Part shown: positions 34,755 to 44,493 of the stretch, piece after piece | Layout: every line of letters starts with the position of its first letter | How positions within the stretch are numbered: the stretch's first letter is position 1 | Origin: Candidatus Methanomethylophilaceae archaeon | Lineage (GTDB): Archaea > Thermoplasmatota > Thermoplasmata > Methanomassiliicoccales > Methanomethylophilaceae | Reading direction: 5' to 3' | Length of the DNA: 64,000 bases | Assembly: GCA_050950505.1 (NCBI GenBank) | Contig: JBMNHS010000001.1 | Span: 93,687 to 157,686, forward strand | The notes under the pieces: generated by a model | The model's database searches: none | Told to the model about the DNA's origin: nothing | What the model saw: only the letters and a program-made list of their open reading frames with translations | Program-made: the position numbers and the translations under genes

Positions 34755-36164
34755 TCAATAATCCTCTTCGAGAGTGGATTGGTATCTTTGCACCTCACCC
34801 GGAATTATGGTAGGATACTTTCCGGTCAGACATGCGAGGCATAAATCCTTCTCCGGCAAATCGATGGCCTCGATCAGACCGGTGATGCTTATGTAAGCCA
34901 GACTGTCGGCGTTTATTATCCGTCTTATTTCTTCCACGGAATGATCTGCGCCGATAATCTGTTCTCTTGTCTTCATGTCCACCCCGTAATAACAGGGAGC
35001 GATAATCGGAGGGCAACCCACCCGTACATGGACTTCTTTCGCGCCTGCGCCTCTGAGCATGCTTATGAGTTTCTTCAGCGTGGTCCCTCTGACAATGCTG
35101 TCGTCCACTATCAGAATCCGCTTTCCTCTTACGGTGCTCTTGATGGGGTTCATCTTCGTGGACACGGCGACTTCTCTCTGTACCTGATCCGGGAGAATAA
35201 ACGTCCGTTCGGCGAAACGGTTTTTCATGAACCCTTCTTCGTAGGGAATTTTGGATTCGACGGAAAATCCGATTGCATGGGCCCTTCCCGAATCCGGGAT
35301 GGGCATTATCAAATCGACGTCGGCAAGACTTTCTCTTGCAAGAACCTCCCCGATCCGCCTCCTAACGTCATAAACTTCCCTTCCGTCGGATATCGAGTCC
35401 GGTCTTGCGAAGTAGACCCATTCGAACATGCAGTGTGCCTTCGGGGCGTTGAGATTGTAAGGGTAACTTTTCACTTCGTTATGGGTTATTTCCACAATCT
35501 CCCCGGGCATCACGTCTCTTACGAGATCTCCGTTCAGGGCGTCTATCGCCGCGGATTCGGACACAATCATGTAACCGTCTCTGATTTTGCCGATGCAGAG
35601 GGGTTTCATCCCTCTGGGATCCCGGATGCCGAAGAGTCTGTTTCCCATGAGAATGACCAATGAGAACGCTCCGTCCAGTTCCGCGCAGGTTGCTTTGATG
35701 GCCTTTACGGGATCTTCGAAATTAGCCGAATGTTTTCCCAGTATTTTCGTCACGAGTTCGCTGTCGGAATTTGTGAAGAAGGAAGAACCGGTGAAAAGGT
35801 ATTTTTCCTTGAGTTGATCGAAATTCGTTATGTCGCCGTTATGGGCGATGGCCAAGGGGCCGTATCTCGTGGTGGACATCAGAGGTTCGGCGTAAGAACG
35901 GCTTACCCGTCCCGCATTGGGATAACGTACGTGTCCGATGCCGACTTTGCCGTGAAGTTTGCTCAGCATGTGTTTGGGCAACGCGGTCTGAACCAGACCG
36001 CTGTCCTTCACGGTGTCAATGGATCCTTCAGAATTAAAAACTGATATTCCAGCACTTTCCTGTCCTCTGTGCTGGATAATCATAAGAGATTTCTGAATGG
36101 CAGGCACGACATTGTTTTCGGCGCTCATACCGACGACGCCGCAACTGTGTTTCGGCCCGGCCAT
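34755..36164 (-). CDS. purF: Amidophosphoribosyltransferase
   Basis: Ntn-type N-terminus with a short propeptide followed by CGVVGM, a PRTase motif ILIVDDSIVRGTT, and C-terminal Cys residues. Confidence 0.95.
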   Translation of the reverse strand: MAGPKHSCGVVGMSAENNVVPAIQKSLMIIQHRGQESAGISVFNSEGSIDTVKDSGLVQTALPKHMLSKLHGKVGIGHVRYPNAGRVSRSYAEPLMSTTRYGPLAIAHNGDITNFDQLKEKYLFTGSSFFTNSDSELVTKILGKHSANFEDPVKAIKATCAELDGAFSLVILMGNRLFGIRDPRGMKPLCIGKIRDGYMIVSESAAIDALNGDLVRDVMPGEIVEITHNEVKSYPYNLNAPKAHCMFEWVYFARPDSISDGREVYDVRRRIGEVLARESLADVDLIMPIPDSGRAHAIGFSVESKIPYEEGFMKNRFAERTFILPDQVQREVAVSTKMNPIKSTVRGKRILIVDDSIVRGTTLKKLISMLRGAGAKEVHVRVGCPPIIAPCYYGVDMKTREQIIGADHSVEEIRRIINADSLAYISITGLIEAIDLPEKDLCLACLTGKYPTIIPGEVQRYQSTLEEDY

Positions 36165-36172
36165 ACAACCAC

Positions 36173-36343
36173 TTATTCGCGGGCTTTAGCCCAATTGTAG
36201 TTCCTGAGTCTGGCGGTTTTGCCGTAACCGCAGGAAGAACAAGTTTTCTTCCTTATGTGGTACGAACTGTTACCGCACCTGCGGCAAGGGATGTGCACTT
36301 TCTTTGTGTTGGCCCTGCCCTGCGACGCTGTTCCTGCTCCCAT
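36173..36343 (-). CDS. rpl37e: 50S ribosomal protein L37e
   Basis: 56-aa ORF, below the track cutoff: [56 protein letters not shown]. It has a C4 zinc ribbon and sits in the conserved Sm-L37e gene pair. Confidence 0.9.
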   Translation of the reverse strand: MGAGTASQGRANTKKVHIPCRRCGNSSYHIRKKTCSSCGYGKTARLRNYNWAKARE

Positions 36344-36354
36344 TATATCACTCC

Positions 36355-36570
36355 TTATGGCGAAATGTAAATTATATTGTCTCCGCGCACCACTGCCATT
36401 TTGTGCTTGGCGACAAGCTGACCTTCCAATAGTTCTTCGGCATTCTTGAGAACCACGTTCATAAACTGATCGTGTCCGTCAAGAACTCCTCTGAATTCCC
36501 TCTTGCCTCTCAGAACTACGATAACATTGTTGTTTATCGACGTTTCCAGGACAGACAATGGTTTTTTCAT
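36355..36570 (-). CDS. Sm-like archaeal protein (LSm/SmAP)
   Basis: Sm1/Sm2 motifs [26 protein letters not shown] and [11 protein letters not shown] prefer the start at MKKPLSVL. The track ORF extends to 36591. Confidence 0.9.
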   Translation of the reverse strand: MKKPLSVLETSINNNVIVVLRGKREFRGVLDGHDQFMNVVLKNAEELLEGQLVAKHKMAVVRGDNIIYISP

Positions 36571-36632
36571 TAAGGTCACCGAATCTCTCATGAGGGGTTT
36601 ACTATTTTAAGGTTTGTTATGTGCGTGCGTGT

Positions 36633-37748
36633 TCATACAAACGAACCTATGGACGGAGCGTCCAAGCGGTCCATGTCATAGAAGATTATTGCTTCTTTGA
36701 TTCCTTCGGCCCCCATTCCAGTTCCCATGAAGTGGTCCAACATGGACGCCCTCCACAGCAGATCCAAAACCGAAACCGCCAACGTTCCGTAATATGCGTT
36801 GGACATGTGGTCTTCGTAACCGAACACGTCCATGTTGTTGAACACACTTCCCGCGAAGCTTTCCCTTCGGTTCAGCAGCGACACGTATTGGGCCAACACG
36901 TCCCGTCCCCCCTCTTCCAGGGGTTTCAGGGATATTTTGGAGGACGACGCGAAAGCTTTGTGATGAATCTCCCCCTCATCATCCATTACGGCCCATTCTA
37001 TGCTGTCGCCGTCGGCCATGAAGATATTCCAGTTCCATTCCCCGTCGCAGTATATCGGCATGCTGAGAGGGTCCTCCGTGGACATGGAACCCATGGCCGC
37101 CGCCCGGGCGGCTTCATCGAGATTTTCGAAATCCGCTTTGGGATCCGGCTTCACGTCCAAAACGGAAACCGCTTCAAAATATTCGGATATGTCCAATACC
37201 CTGCTGAGCTGCGTCGGATCCGTAAATTTTGACAGGGACACGGCGACGGAACTTCTGATTTCCGTGAGGTCTCCCATAATGCCGGCCGCCGCGCAGTTAT
37301 GATAAAATTCTTCATAAATCGATTTGGAATCTTCCAGCACGGAACTTATTCTGGAACGTGCGTTTTCCACCAGTCCTTTGGCTTCTTTTTCCGCATCGGT
37401 ATGCTTGCCGTCCCATGCCCCCCTGCAGGAAAGATCCAGTTCCACGGATACTTTTTCTCCCACGTAAATGTAAAAAGGATATTGTCTGCAGAATGCCGGA
37501 CGGTTTCTGTATATGTCGCATTTCCGGTTGTTCAGAAATATGCAGGACCCTCTTCCTTTCTTGAGTGCCAGAGCCACGTGATCGTCGGGGTGTCTGGCCT
37601 TTACCAAGGCGTAAGGGTGATTTATCTCAAAAAATTCCATCTCCTCCGGAAGCACTTCGGGCTGACAGAGACAGCACATTCCGCATTCCGGATGGCAATC
37701 CACGAATTTGCCTTTGACTTCCGAATAATCCGCTTCAAAATCAGCCAA
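36633..37748 (-). CDS. YkgJ/UPF0153-like cysteine-cluster protein with extended C-terminal domain
   Basis: The N-terminal Cys motifs CHPECGMCCLCQ and GSCIFL..RKCDIYRNRPAFCRQYP are typical of the putative Fe-S/Zn-binding YkgJ family. The C-terminal roughly 250 aa is unassigned. Confidence 0.6.
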   Translation of the reverse strand: MADFEADYSEVKGKFVDCHPECGMCCLCQPEVLPEEMEFFEINHPYALVKARHPDDHVALALKKGRGSCIFLNNRKCDIYRNRPAFCRQYPFYIYVGEKVSVELDLSCRGAWDGKHTDAEKEAKGLVENARSRISSVLEDSKSIYEEFYHNCAAAGIMGDLTEIRSSVAVSLSKFTDPTQLSRVLDISEYFEAVSVLDVKPDPKADFENLDEAARAAAMGSMSTEDPLSMPIYCDGEWNWNIFMADGDSIEWAVMDDEGEIHHKAFASSSKISLKPLEEGGRDVLAQYVSLLNRRESFAGSVFNNMDVFGYEDHMSNAYYGTLAVSVLDLLWRASMLDHFMGTGMGAEGIKEAIIFYDMDRLDAPSIGSFV

Positions 37749-39003
37749 TTATGTCCGCTCCCATAAGTTTTCCGCAGAATTTTCCGTCCCGCAGTTGCAC
37801 GTTGCCTCTCAGTATAACGGTTTCGGGGAACACCGCGTCAAACCCTTCGAAAGGTGTCTGTTCGGCTTTGCTGTGCAATTTTCTTCCTTCGATTTTTGTT
37901 TTTTTGTTAATATCGAAAACGGCGAAATCCCCGTCTTTTCCTATTTCGATCGATCCTTTGTTCATTCCGAAGATTCTTGCCGGAGCCGCAGAACACATGT
38001 CCACCGCACGGGCCAGGGGGAACCTGCCGTCACCGACCATCCCCATGAGAATCGGAAGCGTGGTTTCCACCCCCGGAATCCCGCAGGGTGCGTCATTGAA
38101 CTCCCGGTTTTTCTCATCTGTTGTGTGAGGGGCGTGATCGCTTCCGAACATGATGCCCTTTCCCTTTTCGAAAGTTTTGAACAGGGCCTCCCTTTCGGAT
38201 GCATCCCTCAGGGGAGGGTTCACTTTCATTTTTGTATCCGAACTTTCCTCCGAAGGGAGCAACAGATGATGCAACGTCACTTCGGTTGTGAATCCCAGAG
38301 ACTCCGCAAGATTCAATCCTTCCGAGGTCGAGGTGTGGCAGATGTTGATTTTGTTGCCTTTGAATCCCTCCAGCCTGCGGATTGCGTTCAGCTCGGCCGA
38401 TGTCGGCCGGTTGTTGCGATGGTCAGCGCAATTGTTTTCGTGTTCCTTGGAAATCATGTTGTCGTCTTCGGCATGAACACTCAGAACCTTTCCGGTTTTC
38501 ATGACTTCGGATATTTTTTCTTCTATGATTGCGTCATCGTTGACCAGTATGCTCCCGGTGGTCGAACCCATGTATAATTTGTATCCCGCAACCAAATCGG
38601 CCACTTCGGAAGGTTTCCCGTTTTCCGTGATTGCGGCCATGAGTCCGAAATCACAGTAAGAACGTCCTTTAAGACTTGCTTTTTTTGCAATTACGGAACT
38701 CCGGTCAACAGCAGGGGGTATGGTATTGGGCATGTCCAGCACACAGGTTATCCCTCCATGAATCGCAGATTCGGAACCCGATGTAAAATCTTCTTTGTGA
38801 GTGAGACCGGGATCTCTGAAATGAACGTGTGGGTCTATCCCTCCGGGAAGGATTATGCTGTCTTCGCCCACATCTATACGTTCTTTGCTCTTTCCCGCGG
38901 ACGGGCCGATATAGGATATCTTTCCGTTTTTTATTCCGATTTCAACCTGTTTCAGTCCGCCGTTCACAAAGGCTTTTCCGCTTATTGTCAAATCCGGTGC
39001 CAT
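37741..39003 (-). CDS. pyrC: Dihydroorotase (cyclic amidohydrolase family)
   Basis: Metal ligands GGIDPHVHFRDPG, plus VLDMPNT, VHAED and FGSDHAPH. 420 aa. Confidence 0.85.
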   Translation of the reverse strand: MAPDLTISGKAFVNGGLKQVEIGIKNGKISYIGPSAGKSKERIDVGEDSIILPGGIDPHVHFRDPGLTHKEDFTSGSESAIHGGITCVLDMPNTIPPAVDRSSVIAKKASLKGRSYCDFGLMAAITENGKPSEVADLVAGYKLYMGSTTGSILVNDDAIIEEKISEVMKTGKVLSVHAEDDNMISKEHENNCADHRNNRPTSAELNAIRRLEGFKGNKINICHTSTSEGLNLAESLGFTTEVTLHHLLLPSEESSDTKMKVNPPLRDASEREALFKTFEKGKGIMFGSDHAPHTTDEKNREFNDAPCGIPGVETTLPILMGMVGDGRFPLARAVDMCSAAPARIFGMNKGSIEIGKDGDFAVFDINKKTKIEGRKLHSKAEQTPFEGFDAVFPETVILRGNVQLRDGKFCGKLMGADIIG

Positions 39004-39009
39004 TCAACA

Positions 39010-39591
39010 TCACTTCTTGACTGTTTCGCCGCCGGGAGACGTCTCCGCGAATACCGTCCCGCCGAATCTTTCCATCGTCACCCTCTCTTTTCTCCATATG
39101 TCGGGCGACAATCCCGCTTTCATCGAGAGCTGTTCCAGATACTGAACCGGATTCCAGCTCCATTCCACGGGAACCTGAGGAAGCAAAAGCCCTCTGCGGC
39201 CCCGGTATGACATTATCAATCCGTCCCGTCCGATTTCTATTTTGCCGATCAGGTCTTCCGAAGTGGAATAATCGATCTCTTCGGGGGGTGTGAGGACGGT
39301 TACTTCAAAAACGCATTCTTTGGCTTCTTTTGAGGTCAGGGGAGGGAACCGGGGGTCGTGACATGCCGAACGTGCGGACTGCACAATGGCTTCTCCCAGA
39401 GTGAAAAACGGCTCGGGATACCCTATGCAACCCCTCAGATCGCCGGAGGGATATCGGTTTATCGTCACAAACGCCCCGGAAGGCTCTCCGAATTCATCTG
39501 GGATTGAGGGATCTTCATTTATTCCTTCGGTTTCTGCCTCGGCAGCCAATCTTGCGAGTTTGACCGCTTTGCGGCCGAAATCAGTGTTCAT
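39010..39591 (-). CDS. AMMECR1 domain protein
   Basis: Signature GAFVTI....LRGCIGYPEP and ...DPRFPPL. Confidence 0.9.
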   Translation of the reverse strand: MNTDFGRKAVKLARLAAEAETEGINEDPSIPDEFGEPSGAFVTINRYPSGDLRGCIGYPEPFFTLGEAIVQSARSACHDPRFPPLTSKEAKECVFEVTVLTPPEEIDYSTSEDLIGKIEIGRDGLIMSYRGRRGLLLPQVPVEWSWNPVQYLEQLSMKAGLSPDIWRKERVTMERFGGTVFAETSPGGETVKK

Positions 39592-39622
39592 TTCACTCTT
39601 CGCTCTCTGCGACAGGAGATTT

Positions 39623-40084
39623 TCAGTCTCCGTTATCCTCGGGAGTCCTTATTTTTATGGATTTGGGTGTCGGACGTTGCTCCGCTTCGCGGTCATCGTC
39701 TTCCGGAGGGCGTCTTTCGTATTCGCGGCGATATTCGTACTCGTTGCGATAATCATCCTCATCCCTCATAAAAGGGGGACGAGGCATGGATCTTATCAAC
39801 GAATTGATTCCCATGACGAATTCGAAACCCGCGTTCATGAAGTGACCCTGTACCTTCGGATCCGTAAATGCGTCAAAAGTCTGTTTTGCGGAGCTTTTGG
39901 CTTCCTGTTTGGTTCTGTCGACGCGGTCGCGTACCTTGTCTTTGCCTTTATTGAAGGTTTCTTCGGCGGATTCCTTCTCCCTTCTAATGAGTTCTTCAAG
40001 AGTTTCGAGGTTATCCCTGACGAATTTCTCAAGTTCTGACTCAATGTTACGTTTTTCTTCATCTCCTGTCATGGTTTCACCCAT
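39623..40084 (-). CDS. Hypothetical charged coiled-coil protein
   Basis: 153-aa ORF, highly charged (E/K/R/D), with one amphipathic or hydrophobic patch GHFMNAGFEFVMGINSLI. It overlaps the arsA-like stop by 8 nt. An alternative start is at 40072. Confidence 0.5.
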   Translation of the reverse strand: MGETMTGDEEKRNIESELEKFVRDNLETLEELIRREKESAEETFNKGKDKVRDRVDRTKQEAKSSAKQTFDAFTDPKVQGHFMNAGFEFVMGINSLIRSMPRPPFMRDEDDYRNEYEYRREYERRPPEDDDREAEQRPTPKSIKIRTPEDNGD

Positions 40085-41270
40085 CTAGATTAGCAACGTT
40101 CTTACGCTTTAATCTTACCGTTAATTCTTCGTCGACCAATTCCGCGTCCAATATATCCGCGTCCTTCAGAGTCAGGGGGAGGGTGACCGTTTTCTTGTGG
40201 CTTCCGATCTGTATTATCAACACGTCATTCTCGCCTCTGAACATTTCGATGTCGTCTTTCTTGACAAATGGCATTTTGAGTATGAGTCTGTCCACGCCGC
40301 CTTCCGAATCGAATCTCATCGGACTCTCGTTCGCATAAACTTCGGAAGGATCGGAATCTCCGAACAGCATATCGGCCAAAATATCCAGTTTTTCGGATCC
40401 TCTCAGTTCGGTGGGCATCTGCATGGCATTCAGAATCTTCAGCGGACTGAAAGCGTGGTCTATTTCCTTCAGATATTTTTCCTGCTCTTCCAGTCTGTCT
40501 TTGAAATAGCCCTGTTCCAACCCTTCTCTGGGGTATATTTTGTTGACGATCAGACACTCGACGGTTTTGTTGTAAAGACATGTGTATGTGTAGGTGCGCA
40601 TGGTTTCGTTGATGACCATGCGTTCGGGATTGAGGACCAACCGTATGGTCGTCATATCAGGATTTTCAAGAATGTCCTTGACTTTGATCATCTTGTCCCT
40701 TATTTCATCGATGCTGTTCATCACTTCTTTGCTTGGAAGAGGAAGATTGATGACTTTGGAAACAGTATATCTGGCCACCGACAACAGCTTCTTGAACATC
40801 GAATAGAATCTTTCGATGTACCAATTGGAAATGTCGGGGAAACTCAGCAACTGAAGTGTTTCTCCCGTGGGAGCCGTGTCCATGACTATTACGTCATAGT
40901 CGTCGTTTTCTTCGAACTGCAACACATAGAACAATGCCGCAATCATTTCCATTCCGGGAACGATTGCCATTTCTTCCGCGGTTATGTCGCCCAGGCCTTG
41001 GGAAGTCAGAAATGTGGTCACGTAATCGCTTATATCGGACCATCTCGTGCGCATTTCGTAAATGATGTCGATTTCCAACACATCGAGATTTTCACCTATG
41101 TTGAAGGGGTAATTGGGAAGATCCACATCCAGGGAATCGCCGAGAGAATGGGCGGAATCGGTGCTCATCAACATCGTTCTGTATCCAAGTTTCGCCAATC
41201 TTCGGGCGGTGGCCGCGGAAACCGATGTTTTTCCGACACCGCCTTTACCTGTATAGATTATGATCCTCAT
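40077..41270 (-). CDS. ArsA/Get3-family ATPase with C-terminal HSP20-like domain
   Basis: Deviant Walker A GKGGVGKTSVSAA and the MSTDSAHSLGD switch. The C-terminal roughly 80 aa has a beta-sandwich-like pattern (LILKMPFVKKDDIEMF...LTVRLKR). Confidence 0.85.
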   Translation of the reverse strand: MRIIIYTGKGGVGKTSVSAATARRLAKLGYRTMLMSTDSAHSLGDSLDVDLPNYPFNIGENLDVLEIDIIYEMRTRWSDISDYVTTFLTSQGLGDITAEEMAIVPGMEMIAALFYVLQFEENDDYDVIVMDTAPTGETLQLLSFPDISNWYIERFYSMFKKLLSVARYTVSKVINLPLPSKEVMNSIDEIRDKMIKVKDILENPDMTTIRLVLNPERMVINETMRTYTYTCLYNKTVECLIVNKIYPREGLEQGYFKDRLEEQEKYLKEIDHAFSPLKILNAMQMPTELRGSEKLDILADMLFGDSDPSEVYANESPMRFDSEGGVDRLILKMPFVKKDDIEMFRGENDVLIIQIGSHKKTVTLPLTLKDADILDAELVDEELTVRLKRKNVANLDG

Positions 41271-41354
41271 AAACCGTCAGATAATCCGTGCCTTATAAAA
41301 GGTTATATAATTACGGTTCGACGGCAAAGATGACCCAAAGAGCTCCGTCCGGCA

Positions 41355-41759
41355 TCAGCCGACCAGATGCACCGAGTGGCTTTGTCCCGATCCCACAGTA
41401 ACTTTCTTGAAATCCAGTTTGGCTCCGTCATCCCCTCCGTAAGACACCAGTCTGATTTCCAGACTGTGATCTTTCTTCAGTTTGAAGGATTGGTATTCGT
41501 ACGTTATTTCAAGGGAACCGTCAGGTTCCAGAACGGCACCTTCCAACGCGACGTCGTCGTTTATGTAAATCCATATTTTGGAATCTTCGTGCTCACTGTA
41601 CGGAGTCACCTCTATGGAAATCTCCGACGTGTTGTAGAATACGTTTTTGAGGGCGCTTCCTCCGTACACAAAGATTGCCGCGGAAGCGGATATTATCAGA
41701 ACCGCCGCCAACGCGGCATACATTGTTTTTTTGGAAACGGACATGGGATTATCTCTCAA
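41355..41759 (-). CDS. Hypothetical membrane-anchored or secreted small protein
   Basis: 134-aa ORF with an N-terminal TM or signal segment followed by a beta-rich segment. Confidence 0.45.
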   Translation of the reverse strand: MRDNPMSVSKKTMYAALAAVLIISASAAIFVYGGSALKNVFYNTSEISIEVTPYSEHEDSKIWIYINDDVALEGAVLEPDGSLEITYEYQSFKLKKDHSLEIRLVSYGGDDGAKLDFKKVTVGSGQSHSVHLVG

Positions 41760-41880
41760 GGAACGGTGTTTGCCGGATGGGATGCAGCATACGTATGTTT
41801 TGACATCGCGGACTCCTGCGATATAAGCAGAACGGTATGAAGATAAATAGATTTAGAAGTTAAGGTCGGAGAAGAGGGGG

Positions 41881-41989
41881 TGGTGCCGAGACTGGGGTTC
41901 GAACCCAGGACCTTCGGATTTCCCTGGAAGAGGTCTGTAAGACCAGAACCCTATGAGTCCGACGCTCCACCAGGCTGAGCCATCTCGGC
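41881..41989 (-). tRNA. tRNA-Met (CAU), elongator type, with 32-nt canonical intron; CCA encoded (tRNA-Ile2 not excluded)
   Basis: Acceptor GCCGAGA/UCUCGGC, D-arm GCUC/GAGC, anticodon arm UCGGA-CUCAUA[intron]A-UCCGA, T-arm CUGGG-UUCGAAC-CCCAG. It lacks the A1:U72 pair typical of archaeal initiator tRNA. Confidence 0.85.
41920..41951 (-). other. Canonical 37/38 intron of tRNA-Met(CAU)
   Basis: 32 nt. The inner hairpin is GGUCU-uac-AGACC. The bulge-helix-bulge is relaxed, with one mismatch in the central helix. Confidence 0.75.
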
Positions 41990-42061
41990 ATAATTGGTTT
42001 GTCCGATTATCGGATTAGTGTATAAGTAGTTTTGCGGGGGCCCGGGCCACGGGCCACCGCT

Positions 42062-42814
42062 TCATTCCGAATCTTCGTCCTCGGCTTCTTCTTCGGATTC
42101 CTCGGCAGGCTGCTCTTCTTCCGCTTCTTCGGCGGGTTCTTCGGCAACTTCTTCCTCGGTTTCCTCGTCATCCGTTTCGGGTTTTGCGGGAGCCTCAATT
42201 ATGGATTCCGGCTCTTCCCCTCCGCGGGCCAGGACTTCGGTCTTGCGGATTTCAACCCTCTTGATGGGTATGACGACCCTGCAGGCCCTGGCGACGTTTC
42301 TTGCCAAGTCTCCGGAAATAACGTTCTTGACGAGATCCGCCATGGTCATTTCGGAGCTGAGTTCTTTCACGGTTTCGCCCATGATGCGCCTCATGGCTTC
42401 TTCCTGAGAAGACTGGATGCGCTTTTCGGCGATGCTCATGATTTTGACTCTCATTTCAAAGCCGTCTTTCGTTGTCACATCCACAACGTGATCGGTCTTT
42501 GTCTTCTTTCTGCGGGTAAGTCTCCTTACATAATCCACCGTAAGGTCGTGTCCCGTGAACACCGTCTTTGCGTCGTGTCCGTCAACTTCGTTGACTTTGA
42601 ATTTCAGCTTGATGTGCATTTTTGAGAAATCTCCGGTAAGATCCTGAACGGTGACTTCCACGGTCCTTCCTATAAGGTTGGAGGGGTCAGCCGACGGGGT
42701 GTCGCCGATTTCGATTTCGTTAAACATGCGGGGAGCACGTACCTTGTACCACTCCTTCGATTTCCATTTGTCCCTCACTTTACGGGAGGAACCGCCTTTT
42801 CTACCACCTGACAT
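42062..42814 (-). CDS. rps3ae: 30S ribosomal protein S3Ae (eS1) with acidic C-terminal extension
   Basis: The N-terminus KVRDKWKSKEWYKVRAPRMF is diagnostic of this family. The last roughly 55 aa are E/D/A/P-rich. Confidence 0.92.
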   Translation of the reverse strand: MSGGRKGGSSRKVRDKWKSKEWYKVRAPRMFNEIEIGDTPSADPSNLIGRTVEVTVQDLTGDFSKMHIKLKFKVNEVDGHDAKTVFTGHDLTVDYVRRLTRRKKTKTDHVVDVTTKDGFEMRVKIMSIAEKRIQSSQEEAMRRIMGETVKELSSEMTMADLVKNVISGDLARNVARACRVVIPIKRVEIRKTEVLARGGEEPESIIEAPAKPETDDEETEEEVAEEPAEEAEEEQPAEESEEEAEDEDSE

Positions 42815-43056
42815 TTGATATTACTCCCAATGGAATGTGATGTTGTGAGTGATTCGATATTCCTATTAAAAGCTATGTCAGAGTATTATTATCATGAACA
42901 TAAAATAAATATCATACCCAGTGTTTTTTTATTACCCTTATTGTAAGAATAATTTACAATTAGGTTGATACCGCTATTATATTAAGGTTGCCCATTTTTA
43001 CGTTTTCGGAAAAGCCAAAAAATATAAGAAAGGGGCCGAAGCCCCTGGAAAGGTTT

Positions 43057-43902
43057 TCAGAGCTTGACGGGCACTTTGTGCGCGTCGAGACCGAGTTCGT
43101 TGGCATCCATGCCCATCGCAATTCCGTAGAGCTGCGAAAGGTGAAGCACCGGAAGATTGAATCCGAGTTCATCCTGGCTGGAGTCAAACTGCAGGTGGCA
43201 GAAGGGACAGACGTCCACGATGTATTCCGAACCGCCTGCAACCATGTTCTCAAGGTTCTCTCTGGTGTGCTTGAGAGCGAGTTCACCCTGACCGGATCTT
43301 ACTCCTCCTCCCGCACCGCAGCACATCATCTTCTTGACTCTGGGGACACTCGCAGCGCCGGTGGCCTCAACGAGCTCGTCGAGCATCGTGGGGTTCTCGG
43401 GGTTGTCGATGGTCTTGTGCTTGCTGGGCTTGAGGAAGTGGCAGCCGTAGAATGTGGCGACCTTGTAGTCAACGGGGTTGGTGACTGCTTCCTTGATCTT
43501 CTCGATTCCGACTTCCCTGTACAGAACATCAGCGAAGTGGAACACACTGACGGTTCCCTTGTATTCAAGTCCGATTTCAGCGAGAATCTTGTTGACTTCA
43601 GCAAGTTTCTCCGCATCGTTGTTGAGTTCGTGAGCCGCATCGAAGAGCGAACCATAGCATCCGTTGCAGATGGTTACGATGTCCAGTCCCTTCTTCTCGG
43701 CCAGCGCAAGGTTTCTTGCGGCGGCGGCGAGCCAGGCTTTCTTGCTGAATGCCCTTATGACACCGGGTGCGGGGCAGCAGCTTGCGTCATCGAAATCGAC
43801 AAGTTCGATTCCGAGCTTTTCGCAAACGACCTTGGTCGACTTTTCAATACCGGGGTATCTGAGGGGTGCGATGCATCCCAAAAAGAAAACGTATTTTGCC
43901 AT
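43057..43902 (-). CDS. hdrB: Heterodisulfide reductase subunit B
   Basis: Two CCG-domain Cys motifs (FLGCI...SCCPAPG and GCHF...MMCCGAGGG). 281 aa. It starts 6 nt after the hdrC stop. Confidence 0.88.
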   Translation of the reverse strand: MAKYVFFLGCIAPLRYPGIEKSTKVVCEKLGIELVDFDDASCCPAPGVIRAFSKKAWLAAAARNLALAEKKGLDIVTICNGCYGSLFDAAHELNNDAEKLAEVNKILAEIGLEYKGTVSVFHFADVLYREVGIEKIKEAVTNPVDYKVATFYGCHFLKPSKHKTIDNPENPTMLDELVEATGAASVPRVKKMMCCGAGGGVRSGQGELALKHTRENLENMVAGGSEYIVDVCPFCHLQFDSSQDELGFNLPVLHLSQLYGIAMGMDANELGLDAHKVPVKL

Positions 43903-43908
43903 ATGATA

Positions 43909-44406
43909 TCACTCCACAATCTTGTCGAAGCCAGCAGCATCCAGGATTTTCTTGAGGTCTTCCATTGCCTTGGGATTGTTGAGAACCGTGGGCGGCACGC
44001 CGGGGAGGCCGAGGGCTTCCCTCTTTGCTTTGACCTCATCGTTGAAACTCACGGAGTGACCGATTTCATGCAGGTTCTGCGCGGTCTTCTTGTGGTTGTC
44101 GAACATGTGACCGTCGGCGACAGCCATGTTCCTGAGGGAAATGATTATGTCGACAATGGGCACCTCGCGGGGGCACCTCTCCTCACAGGAGTAACAGGTG
44201 GTGCAATCCCACAAGCCACTACCGTCGGCAAAAATTTCTTCTTTGAGTCCGAGCTGCGTTTGCCTGATGATTTTCCTGATCCTGTAGGAAGTGAACCTAC
44301 CGGAAGGACAGCTGGCAGTGCAGGTACCGCACTGGAAGCATAATTTGGCATCGGCGCAACCGGCCTCAGCCATTTCCTTAGCGAATTCTACGTTAGGTGT
44401 TGCCAT
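43909..44406 (-). CDS. hdrC: Heterodisulfide reductase subunit C
   Basis: Two 4Fe-4S motifs, CFQCGTCTASCP and CTTCYSCEERCP. 165 aa. Confidence 0.88.
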   Translation of the reverse strand: MATPNVEFAKEMAEAGCADAKLCFQCGTCTASCPSGRFTSYRIRKIIRQTQLGLKEEIFADGSGLWDCTTCYSCEERCPREVPIVDIIISLRNMAVADGHMFDNHKKTAQNLHEIGHSVSFNDEVKAKREALGLPGVPPTVLNNPKAMEDLKKILDAAGFDKIVE

Positions 44407-44493
44407 GTGTATTACCTGGAAGTTGCACTATCTTGATTCTATATAATACAACATGGTCAACGGCGGTGAGTATTAACCTTTCTGTTAAACCCA

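Noticed and set aside
42988-44343. Long ORFs antisense to recognised genes. Examples from the track: 42988..44343 (+, 451 aa), 52471..53766 (+, 431 aa), 58399..59601 (-, 400 aa), 61587..62786 (+, 399 aa), 40197..41333 (+, 378 aa), 57188..58231 (+, 347 aa), 1887..2870 (+), 2945..3919 (+), 7774..8676 (-), 9758..10660 (-), 26..27 kb and others.
   Set aside because: Each lies opposite a CDS with unmistakable family motifs (HdrB/C, GlcD, PurP, ArgS, ArsA, ChlI, the ABC components, Top6B). Their translations are low-complexity, rich in R, G, H and V, and carry no motifs. They are the usual shadow ORFs of codon-biased genes.
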